A DNA stretch of 64,000 bases from an uncultured delta proteobacterium (GTDB lineage Bacteria > Desulfobacterota > RBG-13-43-22), in NCBI GenBank assembly GCA_963790475.1, contig CAWBOS010000012.1:384001-448000 (forward strand), given 5' to 3'. Positions 1 through 9,047 of this stretch are shown here, piece by piece; the stretch's first letter is position 1, and each line of letters begins with the position of its first letter. The notes beneath the pieces are model-generated. The model had not been told where the DNA came from and ran no database searches. It saw only the letters and a program-made list of their open reading frames with translations. Position numbers and translations under genes: made by a program.

Positions 1-1494
1 CCGTTCTCCCCACTTCTCATCAGGGACACCAACATAGGTGGCTTCCAGAACAAAGTCGGCATTGGCGGTCAGGTTCTCCAGAAGTACGGTGGGGACCATC
101 TCGGCACCGCTCCGGATGACGTCGGTTATCCGATCGGCGATAATGATGTAGCCGTCCGTGTCCACTTTGGCGGCGTCACCGGTATGGAACCAGCCGTCCC
201 GCCAGGCGGCGGCGGTCTTCTCCGGGTCGTCGAAATATTGTTCCATAATCCAGTGACCTCTCAGGATGATTTCACCCATGGTCTGGTTGTCGTGGGGCAC
301 CGGTTTTCCATCCTCACCGATCACTTCAGCTTCGATGCCCATTGCCGGTAGACCGGTTTTGACCCTGACCTGATCCAGATCCTCTTTGCTCCAATTGACC
401 ATGTAGCGTTTAATGGCCGTATTCAAGACCCCGGCTGCGGTTTCAGTCATCCCATATCCCGAAGCGGCGGTTATCCCGGGGAAGACCTTCTCTGCCTTGG
501 CTTTCAAACCAAAGGGCAGTGCGGCCCCGCCGGCCACGATAGAGGTCAGGCTGCTCAAGTCATACTTGTTGAAGTCGGGATATTCCAGGAGCATGGCCAG
601 CATAGTCGGCACTACCGCCGTGCTGGTCACTTTCTCTCTTTCCACCAGCTCACAGAAACTCTCCGGGGTAAACCGGCTGGGGAAGACGATCTTACAGCAG
701 GTAAACACGTAATACCAGGGTGCTCCCCAGGCATGGATGTGAAAAAGCGGGATATTCACCAATGGCACATTAATCACCGGATCCGGGGGGTCGCTGGGCA
801 GCCTCGGAGCCATTTGAATACCGGCAATCAGGTGGACGCTCTGCAGATAGAGTTGACGGTGGTTAAAGGTGACCCCCTTAGGCAGGCCGGTCGTGCCGGT
901 CGTGTAATAGAGGACCGCCGGGGTATCTTCAGACAAATACGGCCAATCAAATTCCTTGGGTTGATTTTTGATCAACTCTTCGTATTCGTAAAGGGGTTCC
1001 ACTTTGCTTTGGGGTTTTCCCGGGCGGTCGGACATATAGACAAACATTTTGACCGTGGATTTTATTCTATCGTAAATCATCTCCACCAGAGGGAGGATCA
1101 GGTCGTCGACAAAAATGACCTTGTCTCCGGAGTGGGTTATGGTGTGAACCATATGATCTAGTGAAAGGCGCATATTGATCGGGTGGGCAACCGCGCCGAT
1201 ACAGGTGGGTGCGTAGCAAAGTTCCAGGTGCCGATGGTGATTGAGGGCCATGGTGGCCACCCGGTCGCCGGGCTCCCCCGGCTTTCCCGGCTTGATTCCC
1301 AATTCCAATAGAGCCTGGGCCAACCGGCAGGTCCGCTCGTACCACTGCCGCCAGGTAAATCTGAAATATTCACCGGCATCATTCCGATAGACGATGCCGA
1401 TATCCTCCGGATACAGGTTCACCGGCCTTTTCATGAAGGAGGTTAAAAGCAAGGGATACCTTGAACTGAATTCGGGAAATGTATTTTTTGCCAT
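1..1494 (-). CDS. Long-chain-fatty-acid--CoA ligase / acyl-CoA synthetase (AMP-forming), 3' end runs off the window
   Basis: Not in the ORF track because it is open at the window edge. Manual translation from ATG at 1494 gives MAKNTFPEFSSRYPLLL..., with YTTGTTGLPKGV (AMP-binding loop), GYGMTET, DGWFHTGD, DRITDVIRSG and VGVPDEKWGER. Confidence 0.9.
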   Translation of the reverse strand, partial: MAKNTFPEFSSRYPLLLTSFMKRPVNLYPEDIGIVYRNDAGEYFRFTWRQWYERTCRLAQALLELGIKPGKPGEPGDRVATMALNHHRHLELCYAPTCIGAVAHPINMRLSLDHMVHTITHSGDKVIFVDDLILPLVEMIYDRIKSTVKMFVYMSDRPGKPQSKVEPLYEYEELIKNQPKEFDWPYLSEDTPAVLYYTTGTTGLPKGVTFNHRQLYLQSVHLIAGIQMAPRLPSDPPDPVINVPLVNIPLFHIHAWGAPWYYVFTCCKIVFPSRFTPESFCELVEREKVTSTAVVPTMLAMLLEYPDFNKYDLSSLTSIVAGGAALPFGLKAKAEKVFPGITAASGYGMTETAAGVLNTAIKRYMVNWSKEDLDQVRVKTGLPAMGIEAEVIGEDGKPVPHDNQTMGEIILRGHWIMEQYFDDPEKTAAAWRDGWFHTGDAAKVDTDGYIIIADRITDVIRSGAEMVPTVLLENLTANADFVLEATYVGVPDEKWGER

Positions 1495-1713
1495 TATATT
1501 AAATTGCTCCCTTCATTATGTTTTTTCCATAAATTGAATATTCCAAAAGTGACCATTTATTTAGGTCTGATTATAAAAAAAGCCTCTGAATATTGGATAA
1601 ATGGATTGAAATAAAGAATTTCTATTTAAGTTGGCGCAGGAATGATTGTCAAGCTAAAATTAAAACCCCGACTTATTGAAACAAGCGGACTTTTCAGGCG
1701 GGACAATATCTTC

Positions 1714-1742
1714 TTGACACCCCCCAAGGTCTTTTTTATACT
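1714..1742 (+). promoter_or_regulatory. sigma70-type promoter
   Basis: TTGACA (1714-1719), 17 bp spacer, TATACT (1737-1742), upstream of ORF 1886. Confidence 0.65.
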
Positions 1743-1885
1743 TTAGCCTTTCGATTGAGATAAAGCCAAAGACGAGGATTGGCTTGGCGGAGAAATAACC
1801 CTTTTTCTCAAGGTGTGCGGGGATGCCTTTTTACCGGGAACAAGGGTTTGAGAAAAATAAAGAGGGAAAGAAGGGAGGTAAATGA

Positions 1886-2125
1886 ATGCCCCAAAGTGAA
1901 TATGTAAAACTTTTTGAGTACATCGAAACCCAAGTCGCTCAATTGGGCGGAGGGGTAAAAAGAGGGGTAATAACGAAGAAGGAGCTTGAGGGGGCTCAAG
2001 AAATCAGGGTGTCCATACGACCGACTAACCACATCGGCAGCACGGAGCTCTTTACCCTTCGGAAGCTGGACCCCGAAGAATATCATCTGATGCTTGTCGC
2101 AGTTCCAAGAAAAAAAAAGAAGTAG
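1886..2125 (+). CDS. Small hypothetical protein (79 aa)
   Basis: Strong RBS (GGGAGGT) before ATG and a consensus promoter upstream; no family recognised. Confidence 0.55.
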   Translation: MPQSEYVKLFEYIETQVAQLGGGVKRGVITKKELEGAQEIRVSIRPTNHIGSTELFTLRKLDPEEYHLMLVAVPRKKKK

Positions 2126-2274
2126 TGTTTGTTGACCAACTTAACATTAGTATAAGATGTCCTGAAACGCCCATGGAAGAGGCTGCTTTTCTGCAAAAGA
2201 AGAAATTGTATCCTGTCTGGTTTCCATTAGGATTTAATCAGAAACCTTAACTAGCCTAACTGAAGGAGGTTCCT

Positions 2275-3765
2275 ATGATTAGGACAATAAAACAGTATGT
2301 GGAAAGCCTAAATGATGGAAGAGAGATTTATCTCGAGGGGAAAAAGATACCCGATATCACCAAAGACCCGTTTTTCAGGGGAGGGATCAACGCCAGGGCC
2401 TACTCCTATGAACTTTGTAATCACCCGGCCTTTAAAGACCTGCTCACCTTAGGAGAGGGCAAGGACAAATACCTGTTCCTCTGGAACCAGCCCAAGACGA
2501 AGGAAGATCTTATAAGACGGAGGGACGTTTATATCACCTGTATGCGCTGGGGTGCCGCTATGAGCGGCATGGGACCGGATGCCCTGGCCGCCTCCGGGGT
2601 TACCGCGGCGAGATGCGATAAAGCTTTGGGAACTCATTATACGGATGCGGTTGAGGATTACCGCAAGCATTTGAGAGAAACAGACCCGGCCATTACCGGG
2701 GCTATTACCGACGTCAAGGGAAACCGAAGTCTTCGGCCCTCGGCCCAGGAACAGCACAAGGATTTCTATGTGCGGGTGGTAGACAGGCAGAAAGACGGGA
2801 TTTATGTCCAGGGGGCCAAGATTCATATCAGCGCCACCCCGACTTGTAATGAATTGATCGTTTCCCCTTCTCGTGCCCACCGTGAGGAGGATAAGGATTA
2901 TGCCCTGGTTTTCGCCACTCCGGTGAATGCCCCGGGCATTAAACTCATTACCACGCCCCCCCATGTCCATGATGTCGATGACGAAGAAGCGGTCTGGAAT
3001 TGGCCGTTACATGGACGGGGGAAAGGAGTCAGTGAATGTCTGATCGTTTTTGACAATGTTTTTGTCCCCTGGAACAGGGTTTTTCTGTGTGGCGAATATC
3101 AGTTTTCCCGGGATCAGGCCTGGATGTTCGGCGTTTTCCATCGGCTTTTCGGTACCTGCCATAAGGTCATATCCACCGAAGAGGCGGCCGGCGCCGCGGC
3201 CCTGATGGCCGAATATAACGGTCTGGATCGCTATCCCCACATCCAGGAAAAGCTGGCCTGGCTGGCCATGCACGCCCAACTGGTGGATGCCATGTCCAGG
3301 GCCGGCGTCGAGCATCCTGATATTTTCCCGGATATCGGTTTGGCCACTCCCGGCCAGATGTATACCAATATCGCCAAATACCTTTTTGCTAATGATCAAC
3401 ATGAGCAATCCAAGGTCCTGGCGGATATTGCCGGCGGGTTGGCCACCACGGTCTTTTCCTATAAGGATTGGATGAATCCGGAAGAAAGGCCCTATATTGA
3501 AAAATATCTGGCCGGAAAAGATGGCATTCCGACGGAACACCGGCTTAAGGCCTTTCGCCTGGTCAAAGATTTAGTCGGGCATGGTCTGGATGGGGCCTAT
3601 ATTCACACCGAAGGTTCCCTGGCGGCGCAGAAAATGGCCATCTTTGCCAATACTCCCTGGGAAAAATATAAGGCCATTGCCAAAAGAGTTGCCCATATCC
3701 CGGGTTGGGAAAAGGATCCCGATTTAAAAGATCTGCCCCCGCTTCCGACTAAATGGGTTATCTAA
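2275..3765 (+). CDS. 4-hydroxybutyryl-CoA dehydratase / 4-hydroxyphenylacetate 3-hydroxylase family flavoprotein (AbfD/HpaB-like)
   Basis: Motifs YVESLNDGREIYLEG, GAITDVKGNRS, GAKIHIS, VFDNVFVPWNRVF, DIAGG, HTEGSLAAQK; RBS AAGGAGGT. Confidence 0.88.
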   Translation: MIRTIKQYVESLNDGREIYLEGKKIPDITKDPFFRGGINARAYSYELCNHPAFKDLLTLGEGKDKYLFLWNQPKTKEDLIRRRDVYITCMRWGAAMSGMGPDALAASGVTAARCDKALGTHYTDAVEDYRKHLRETDPAITGAITDVKGNRSLRPSAQEQHKDFYVRVVDRQKDGIYVQGAKIHISATPTCNELIVSPSRAHREEDKDYALVFATPVNAPGIKLITTPPHVHDVDDEEAVWNWPLHGRGKGVSECLIVFDNVFVPWNRVFLCGEYQFSRDQAWMFGVFHRLFGTCHKVISTEEAAGAAALMAEYNGLDRYPHIQEKLAWLAMHAQLVDAMSRAGVEHPDIFPDIGLATPGQMYTNIAKYLFANDQHEQSKVLADIAGGLATTVFSYKDWMNPEERPYIEKYLAGKDGIPTEHRLKAFRLVKDLVGHGLDGAYIHTEGSLAAQKMAIFANTPWEKYKAIAKRVAHIPGWEKDPDLKDLPPLPTKWVI

Positions 3766-3785
3766 TTTAACAAGAGAACTGGTTA

Positions 3786-3823
3786 AGGAAGCCCCGGCTT
3801 GCAAGGCGGGGCTTCCTGTTTTT
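3786..3823 (+). terminator. Rho-independent terminator
   Basis: AGGAAGCCCCG-loop-CGGGGCTTCCT followed by GTTTTT. Confidence 0.8.
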
Positions 3824-3862
3824 AAATGTTTTTCTTAAGCGGTGGTTCTTTTTTCCCGACGG

Positions 3863-3987
3863 GGTCAACCCCGAGCAGTAAACAAACCCCAGCCTTCTTC
3901 ATTTGCCGCATTGGCCAATTTCTCCCTGGTTTCTGCCGGAACCAATCCTTATTTCCCGGATACCTGGTGAGCCCCAATTTTCTATAG
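3863..3987 (-). pseudogene. Degenerate 3' remnant of a glycyl-radical activating enzyme gene
   Basis: Frameshifted minus-strand translation YRKLGL..GLVPAETREKLANAANEEG..FVYCSGLT matches the C-terminus of the activase at 11886-12857 (YQRLGL..LIPEETMEKLAGTARGEGLDFVLWSGLT). The DNA block GCCAATTTCTCCmTGGTTTC is shared. Confidence 0.75.
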
Positions 3988-4034
3988 TTTTAGTTGCCGG
4001 AATTCTTAAAGTTGAGTAGAGGGAATAATTTTCC

Positions 4035-4085
4035 TTGACAAGGCAACCGACACAATGTTACTTAGGATCGCTAAATTAATTAGCG
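4035..4085 (+). promoter_or_regulatory. Promoter with palindromic operator for ABC operon 1
   Basis: TTGACA at 4035-4040; palindrome CGCTAA-ATTAA-TTAGCG at 4069-4085 just downstream of the -10 region. Confidence 0.55.
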
Positions 4086-4217
4086 TTAATTAATAAATGA
4101 AAATATTGATAAGACTATTATCCTAACCTTGGAATAAATGGAGCCTTGATGCGATCAAGGGGGGGCAGCGGTCAAGTTGCCGGAGTAGTAAAAAAAACCA
4201 ATCCACGAGGAGTCTGA

Positions 4218-5009
4218 TTGAAGGCCCAAACCCAAAAAGATAACTCCATCCTCAGCATTCGCCAGGTCACCATGAAATTCGGAGGTATCATCGGCTTATT
4301 AGAGGTCTCTTTCGATGTGGAAGAGGGTTTTATCGTCGGCTTGATCGGACCGAACGGTTCCGGGAAAACCACTTTGTTCAACTGCCTCAGTTGTCTGTAT
4401 CGGCCCAGTGAAGGAGAAATTTTGTTTCAGGGAAAGCCGATTTTAGGTCTGTCTCCCCACCATATCCCTGAAATCGGTCTGGGTCGCACCTTCCAAAATC
4501 TGGCGTTGTTTCCAACTCTGTCTGTCCTCCAGAATGTCATGATCGGCATGCACAGTCGATCCAAAGGGGGGTTCTTCAGCAATTCCCTTAGACTGCCTAT
4601 GGTCAAAAGTGAAGAACAAAAAATTAAAAACAAGGCCAGGGAACTGCTTGCTCTTATGGAGCTTGAATCAGTGGCCGATCATCCGGCGGTTGGTTTGCCC
4701 TTTGGGACCTTAAAAAGGGTGGAACTGGCCCGAGCTCTGGCCAGCGAACCCAAACTCCTGTTGTTGGATGAACCGGCCGGGGGGCTCAATCATGAAGAGG
4801 TTGGAGAATTAAGTAATTTGATCCGAAATTTTCGAGACAAAAGAGGCATAACTATTTTACTGGTTGAACACCACATGAATCTGGTTATGCAGGTTTCCGA
4901 CAAAGTGGTTGTTCTGAACTTTGGGCAAAAAATAGCCGAGGGCACACCGGAAGAAGTACAAAAAAATTCGGAAGTCATCCAGGCTTACCTTGGGAATGGG
5001 CATAAATGA
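4218..5009 (+). CDS. Branched-chain amino acid-type ABC transporter ATP-binding protein (LivG-like)
   Basis: Walker A GPNGSGKTT, GLGRTFQN, LLLLDEPAGG, VIQAYLG. Confidence 0.92.
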   Translation: MKAQTQKDNSILSIRQVTMKFGGIIGLLEVSFDVEEGFIVGLIGPNGSGKTTLFNCLSCLYRPSEGEILFQGKPILGLSPHHIPEIGLGRTFQNLALFPTLSVLQNVMIGMHSRSKGGFFSNSLRLPMVKSEEQKIKNKARELLALMELESVADHPAVGLPFGTLKRVELARALASEPKLLLLDEPAGGLNHEEVGELSNLIRNFRDKRGITILLVEHHMNLVMQVSDKVVVLNFGQKIAEGTPEEVQKNSEVIQAYLGNGHK

Positions 5010-5719
5010 CGGCACTATTAGAAATAGAAAATCTGGAAGCCAGTTATGGATGGATAAAAGTCCTGCATGGAGTAAGTTTCCAGGTGGAAAAAGGCGGGGT
5101 GACCGCCATCCTCGGGGCTAATGGGGCCGGTAAGACCACCAGTTTGCGCGCTATTTGCGGGATGGTCAAGACCTCCGGCGATATTCGCTTTAATGGGCAA
5201 CGGATCAATGGAAAAGCCACCGAAGATATTGTCCGACTTGGGATTGCCCACATCCAGGAGGGTAGGGGCACCTTTGAAAATCTCACCGTCGAGGAAAACT
5301 TGCGCCTGGGAGCTTATGCCCGAAAAGATAAAACAAATCTGGCTGGAGACATAGACCGAATGTATGAATATTTTAGGGTGTTGGGAGATCGAAAGAAACA
5401 AATGGCCGGCACTTTGAGCGGCGGCGAGCAACAGATGCTGGCCCTGGCTCGAGGGTTGATGCTGCAACCCCAACTCCTCCTGCTCGATGAACCTTCCCTG
5501 GGTCTGGCTCCCTTAATTATGCGGGAGATCTTTCGTATCGTCACTACCATCAATAAAAAGGAAGGCGTTAGTGTCCTCCTGGTCGAACAAAACGCCTCTA
5601 TGGCCCTGGATGTTGCCGATCAGGCCTATCTCCTGGAGACCGGTAGGGTGGTCTTGTCCGGTCTGGCCAGGGATTTTTTAAAAGACGATTCCATCCGGAG
5701 ATCGTATCTTGGATACTGA
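5006..5719 (+). CDS. ABC transporter ATP-binding protein (LivF-like)
   Basis: GANGAGKTT, LSGGEQQMLA, LLDEPSLGLAP, LVEQNA. Confidence 0.92.
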   Translation: MTALLEIENLEASYGWIKVLHGVSFQVEKGGVTAILGANGAGKTTSLRAICGMVKTSGDIRFNGQRINGKATEDIVRLGIAHIQEGRGTFENLTVEENLRLGAYARKDKTNLAGDIDRMYEYFRVLGDRKKQMAGTLSGGEQQMLALARGLMLQPQLLLLDEPSLGLAPLIMREIFRIVTTINKKEGVSVLLVEQNASMALDVADQAYLLETGRVVLSGLARDFLKDDSIRRSYLGY

Positions 5720-5722
5720 TCG

Positions 5723-5856
5723 AAGGTTCAAGGTACAAGGATTAAAGTTTTGGTTTTTGGATTTCAGACAAGTCACTAAAAATAAGGTTCAAGGTACAAG
5801 GTCTAAGGTTTAGATTTTACCTTACACCTTACACCTTACACCTTACACCTTATACC
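5723..5856. repeat. Intergenic heptamer tandem/inverted repeat
   Basis: Runs of AAGGTNN (AAGGTTC AAGGTAC ..., twice) followed by the complementary run (CCTTACA)x4 CCTTATA. Confidence 0.85.
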
Positions 5857-5876
5857 AGAAATTTAAAAGGACAGCA

Positions 5877-6758
5877 TTGGAAACCCTCATTCAACAAATA
5901 ATTTCCGGCCTGGCCAGCGGAAGCATCTATGCCAGTGTGGCCCTGGCCCTGGTCATGATCTATCAGGCCACCGACGTTGTCAATTTTGCCCAGGGTGAAA
6001 TGGCGATGTTCAGTACCTACCTGGCCTGGACCCTGATTCATGCCGGCCTACCCTATTGGGTGGCTTTTTTTCTCACCGTCGGCTTGTCTTTCATAGGCGG
6101 ACTGGTGATAGAACGCCTGATCATCCGGCCGGTGGAAAGCGCACCCATCCTGACCATAGTCATTGTCTGCATGGGTTTGCTGGTTATCCTCAACAGTATC
6201 GCCGGTTGGGTCTATTCCTACCTCATCAAACCCTTTCCCAGCCCTTTCCCGAAACAACCCATGAAAATCGGCAATATTGTTTTGGCCTTCCATGATTTGG
6301 GGGCTATCGGAGTCACTCTTATCATGCTGATCTTGCTCTTTTTATTTTTTCGTTTTACCCCTCTCGGCTTGACCTTGCGGGCAGCCGCTCAGAATCCTGG
6401 ATCCAGCCGTTTGGTGGGTATTCGGGTGAGCCAAATGTTGATGCTCGGCTGGGGGTTGGCCGCCGCACTCGGGGCCGTGGCCGGTATGATGGTGGCGCCG
6501 GTAGTTTTTCTCGACCCCAATATGATGGGCGGCATTTTAATTTATGCCTTTGCCTCGGCCACCCTGGGTGGGTTTACCAGTCCCGTCGGGGCTGTTTTGG
6601 GTGGATTCATCGTCGGTATCACTGAAAATTTAGTGGGCACTTATGTTTCATTTATCGGGCCGGAACTCAAGTTAACCGTAGCCCTGGTCCTAATCATTGT
6701 TGTTCTTCTTGTAAAACCAAGCGGCCTCTTGGGAAAAGCTGTGGTCAAAAGGGTATAG
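5877..6758 (+). CDS. ABC transporter permease (LivH-like)
   Basis: QQIISGLASGSIYASVALAL, VVNFAQGE; hydrophobic; KPSGLLG. Confidence 0.92.
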   Translation: METLIQQIISGLASGSIYASVALALVMIYQATDVVNFAQGEMAMFSTYLAWTLIHAGLPYWVAFFLTVGLSFIGGLVIERLIIRPVESAPILTIVIVCMGLLVILNSIAGWVYSYLIKPFPSPFPKQPMKIGNIVLAFHDLGAIGVTLIMLILLFLFFRFTPLGLTLRAAAQNPGSSRLVGIRVSQMLMLGWGLAAALGAVAGMMVAPVVFLDPNMMGGILIYAFASATLGGFTSPVGAVLGGFIVGITENLVGTYVSFIGPELKLTVALVLIIVVLLVKPSGLLGKAVVKRV

Positions 6759-6760
6759 AG

Positions 6761-7786
6761 ATGGAGCCTAACACGGAAAGCACCCTTTCGGGGGCAGGAG
6801 AAGGGTCTACCTATCAGGAAAAACCGGTCCAATTTTGGAAGATCGCCGGGTTGATCGCTTTGTTGGCGGCGGCCTCTCTAATCCCGTTTATGCTAAGCAG
6901 TTATCGCCTTTTTCAATTTTCCCTGGCCTATGTTTATGCCATAGCCCTCTTCGGCCTCAATTTGCTGACCGGGTACAACGGCCAGATTTCTCTGGGGCAT
7001 GGAGCTTTCTACGCCATCGGCGCCTATACCTCGGCCATTATGACGACACACTTTGGAATTTCGTATCTTTGGACCATACCGGCGGCCGGTCTGGTTTGTT
7101 TAGTCGTCGGCTTTCTCTTCGGAATTCCGGCCCTTCGCTTGGAAGGACTTTACCTGGCCCTGGCCACATTTGCCCTGGCTATTGCCACACCCCAGATCTT
7201 GAAATATTTCGAAACCTGGACCGGTGGTGTTCAGGGGATTGTTCTGGCCGAACCCCAAGCCCCTTTTGGATTGCCTCTGACCAAGGACCAATGGCTCTAT
7301 TATTTGACCTTAGCCATCCTGTTGGTCCTCTTACTGATCGGCTGGAATCTGCTTCGAGGGCGGGTCGGAAGGGCCATCATCGCCATCCGGGACAACCACA
7401 TTGCCGCCGAATCCATGGGCATCAACCTCCCCCTTTACAAATCACTCACCTTTGGGGTCAGCGCCATGTACACCGGAATGGCCGGGGCTTTAGGAGCCAT
7501 CGTAGTTCAATATGTTGCCCCCGATAGTTTTAACAGCCTGCTGTCCATTTCATTTCTTACCGGCGTGGTGATCGGGGGCCTGGCTTCCGTCTCCGGGGCG
7601 ATCTTTGGGGCCTTTTTCATTCAATTCATTCCGAACTATACCCAGGCAATCTCCGATGCGGCCCCCTGGGCCATTTATGGGAGCTTTTTAATTATCTTCA
7701 TGTACACCATGCCCACTGGGATAACTGGTTTCATCGCCGGGAAGTGGACCCGGCTCAGGCAAAAACGGTCTCTATCTAACAAATAG
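6761..7786 (+). CDS. ABC transporter permease (LivM-like)
   Basis: LNLLTGYNGQISLGHGAFYAIGAY, ALRLEGLYLALATFA, AIRDNHIAAESMGI. Confidence 0.92.
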   Translation: MEPNTESTLSGAGEGSTYQEKPVQFWKIAGLIALLAAASLIPFMLSSYRLFQFSLAYVYAIALFGLNLLTGYNGQISLGHGAFYAIGAYTSAIMTTHFGISYLWTIPAAGLVCLVVGFLFGIPALRLEGLYLALATFALAIATPQILKYFETWTGGVQGIVLAEPQAPFGLPLTKDQWLYYLTLAILLVLLLIGWNLLRGRVGRAIIAIRDNHIAAESMGINLPLYKSLTFGVSAMYTGMAGALGAIVVQYVAPDSFNSLLSISFLTGVVIGGLASVSGAIFGAFFIQFIPNYTQAISDAAPWAIYGSFLIIFMYTMPTGITGFIAGKWTRLRQKRSLSNK

Positions 7787-7824
7787 AGAAGTAATTAACC
7801 CCATTCAAAAAGAGGAGGAAAATC

Positions 7825-9045
7825 ATGGTCAGAAAACGAACGATCTTTTTATGTTTCATTACCCTCGGTCTGTTTTTGGTTAGCAGCTTGGCCTACGGAA
7901 AAGGCAAGTACGGACCCGGAGCCAGCGACACCGAAATAAAAATCGGTCATACCGGTCCCTACAGCGGGCCGGCCTCGGCTTATGGTACCATCGGCAAGGC
8001 CGAAGCGGCTTATTTCAAAATGATCAACGACAAAGGCGGAATAAACGGGCGAAAGATCAATTTTATCAGTTATGATGACGCTTACAGCCCTCCTAAAATT
8101 GTGGAGCAGGTGCGCCGACTGGTAGAGCAGGATCAGGTCTTGTTGTTGTTTCAGACCTTAGGAACCCCCAATAACACGGCCATCTGGGCTTATTGTAATA
8201 TGAAAAAGGTGCCCCAACTCTTCGTAGCCACTGGGGCCACCAAATGGGGAGATCCTAAGGGGCACCCCTGGACCATGGGTTGGCAGCCCAACTACCAGAG
8301 TGAAGGCCGGATTTATGCCAAATATATCCTCGAGAACCTGCCCAAGGCCAAGATAGGCATTCTCTACCAGAACGATGATTACGGAAAGGACTTGCTGAAA
8401 GGCTTGATGGACGGGCTGGGCAGCAAGGCAAAGGGTTTGATCGTCTCCCAACAGACCTATGAGGTCTCCGATCCCACGGTAGATTCGCAAATCGTCAACT
8501 TAAAGAACAGCGGGGCCGATGTCTTTATCAATATCACCACCCCCAAATTTGCCGCCCAGGCCATCAAAAAGGCTCATGAAATCGGCTGGAAGCCGGTTCA
8601 TTTTGTCAACCAGGTATCTAACTCCGAGGGAGCAGTGTTGAAGCCGGCCGGGTTAGAGGCCTCCAAAGGTGTGATATCCCTTTTTTACCTGAAAGATCCT
8701 GATGACCCAGAGTGGCAAAATGATCCGGCCCTTAAAGAATGGCAAGACTGGATGAAGAAATATTATCCCGATGGAAGCCTCCACGATATCTTCAATGTCT
8801 TTGGTTACACCTGCGCCCAGACCATGGTCCAGGTCCTCAAACAGTGTGGCGATGACCTGACCAGAGAAAACATCATGAGACAGGCGGCCAATCTGAAGAA
8901 CCTGGCGCAGCCCCTGTTTCTGCCGGGGATAAAGATCAATACCAGTCCTACAGACTTTTTCCCCCTGGAGCAAGAACAGCTTGGCAAATTTGACGGCCAG
9001 AAGTGGGTATTGTTTGGAAAAATAATTGATGCCCCGGTGAGGTAA
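7825..9045 (+). CDS. ABC transporter substrate-binding protein (LivK / Peripla_BP_6 family)
   Basis: Signal peptide; [46 protein letters not shown]. Confidence 0.92.
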   Translation: MVRKRTIFLCFITLGLFLVSSLAYGKGKYGPGASDTEIKIGHTGPYSGPASAYGTIGKAEAAYFKMINDKGGINGRKINFISYDDAYSPPKIVEQVRRLVEQDQVLLLFQTLGTPNNTAIWAYCNMKKVPQLFVATGATKWGDPKGHPWTMGWQPNYQSEGRIYAKYILENLPKAKIGILYQNDDYGKDLLKGLMDGLGSKAKGLIVSQQTYEVSDPTVDSQIVNLKNSGADVFINITTPKFAAQAIKKAHEIGWKPVHFVNQVSNSEGAVLKPAGLEASKGVISLFYLKDPDDPEWQNDPALKEWQDWMKKYYPDGSLHDIFNVFGYTCAQTMVQVLKQCGDDLTRENIMRQAANLKNLAQPLFLPGIKINTSPTDFFPLEQEQLGKFDGQKWVLFGKIIDAPVR

Positions 9046-9047
9046 CC

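Noticed and set aside
413-1382. Short ORFs listed in the track in the first 1.4 kb
   Set aside because: They are shadows of the minus-strand acyl-CoA ligase (1-1494) that the track missed.
5723-5856. Possible CRISPR array
   Set aside because: The units are 7-mers without unique spacers, and there are no cas genes in the window.
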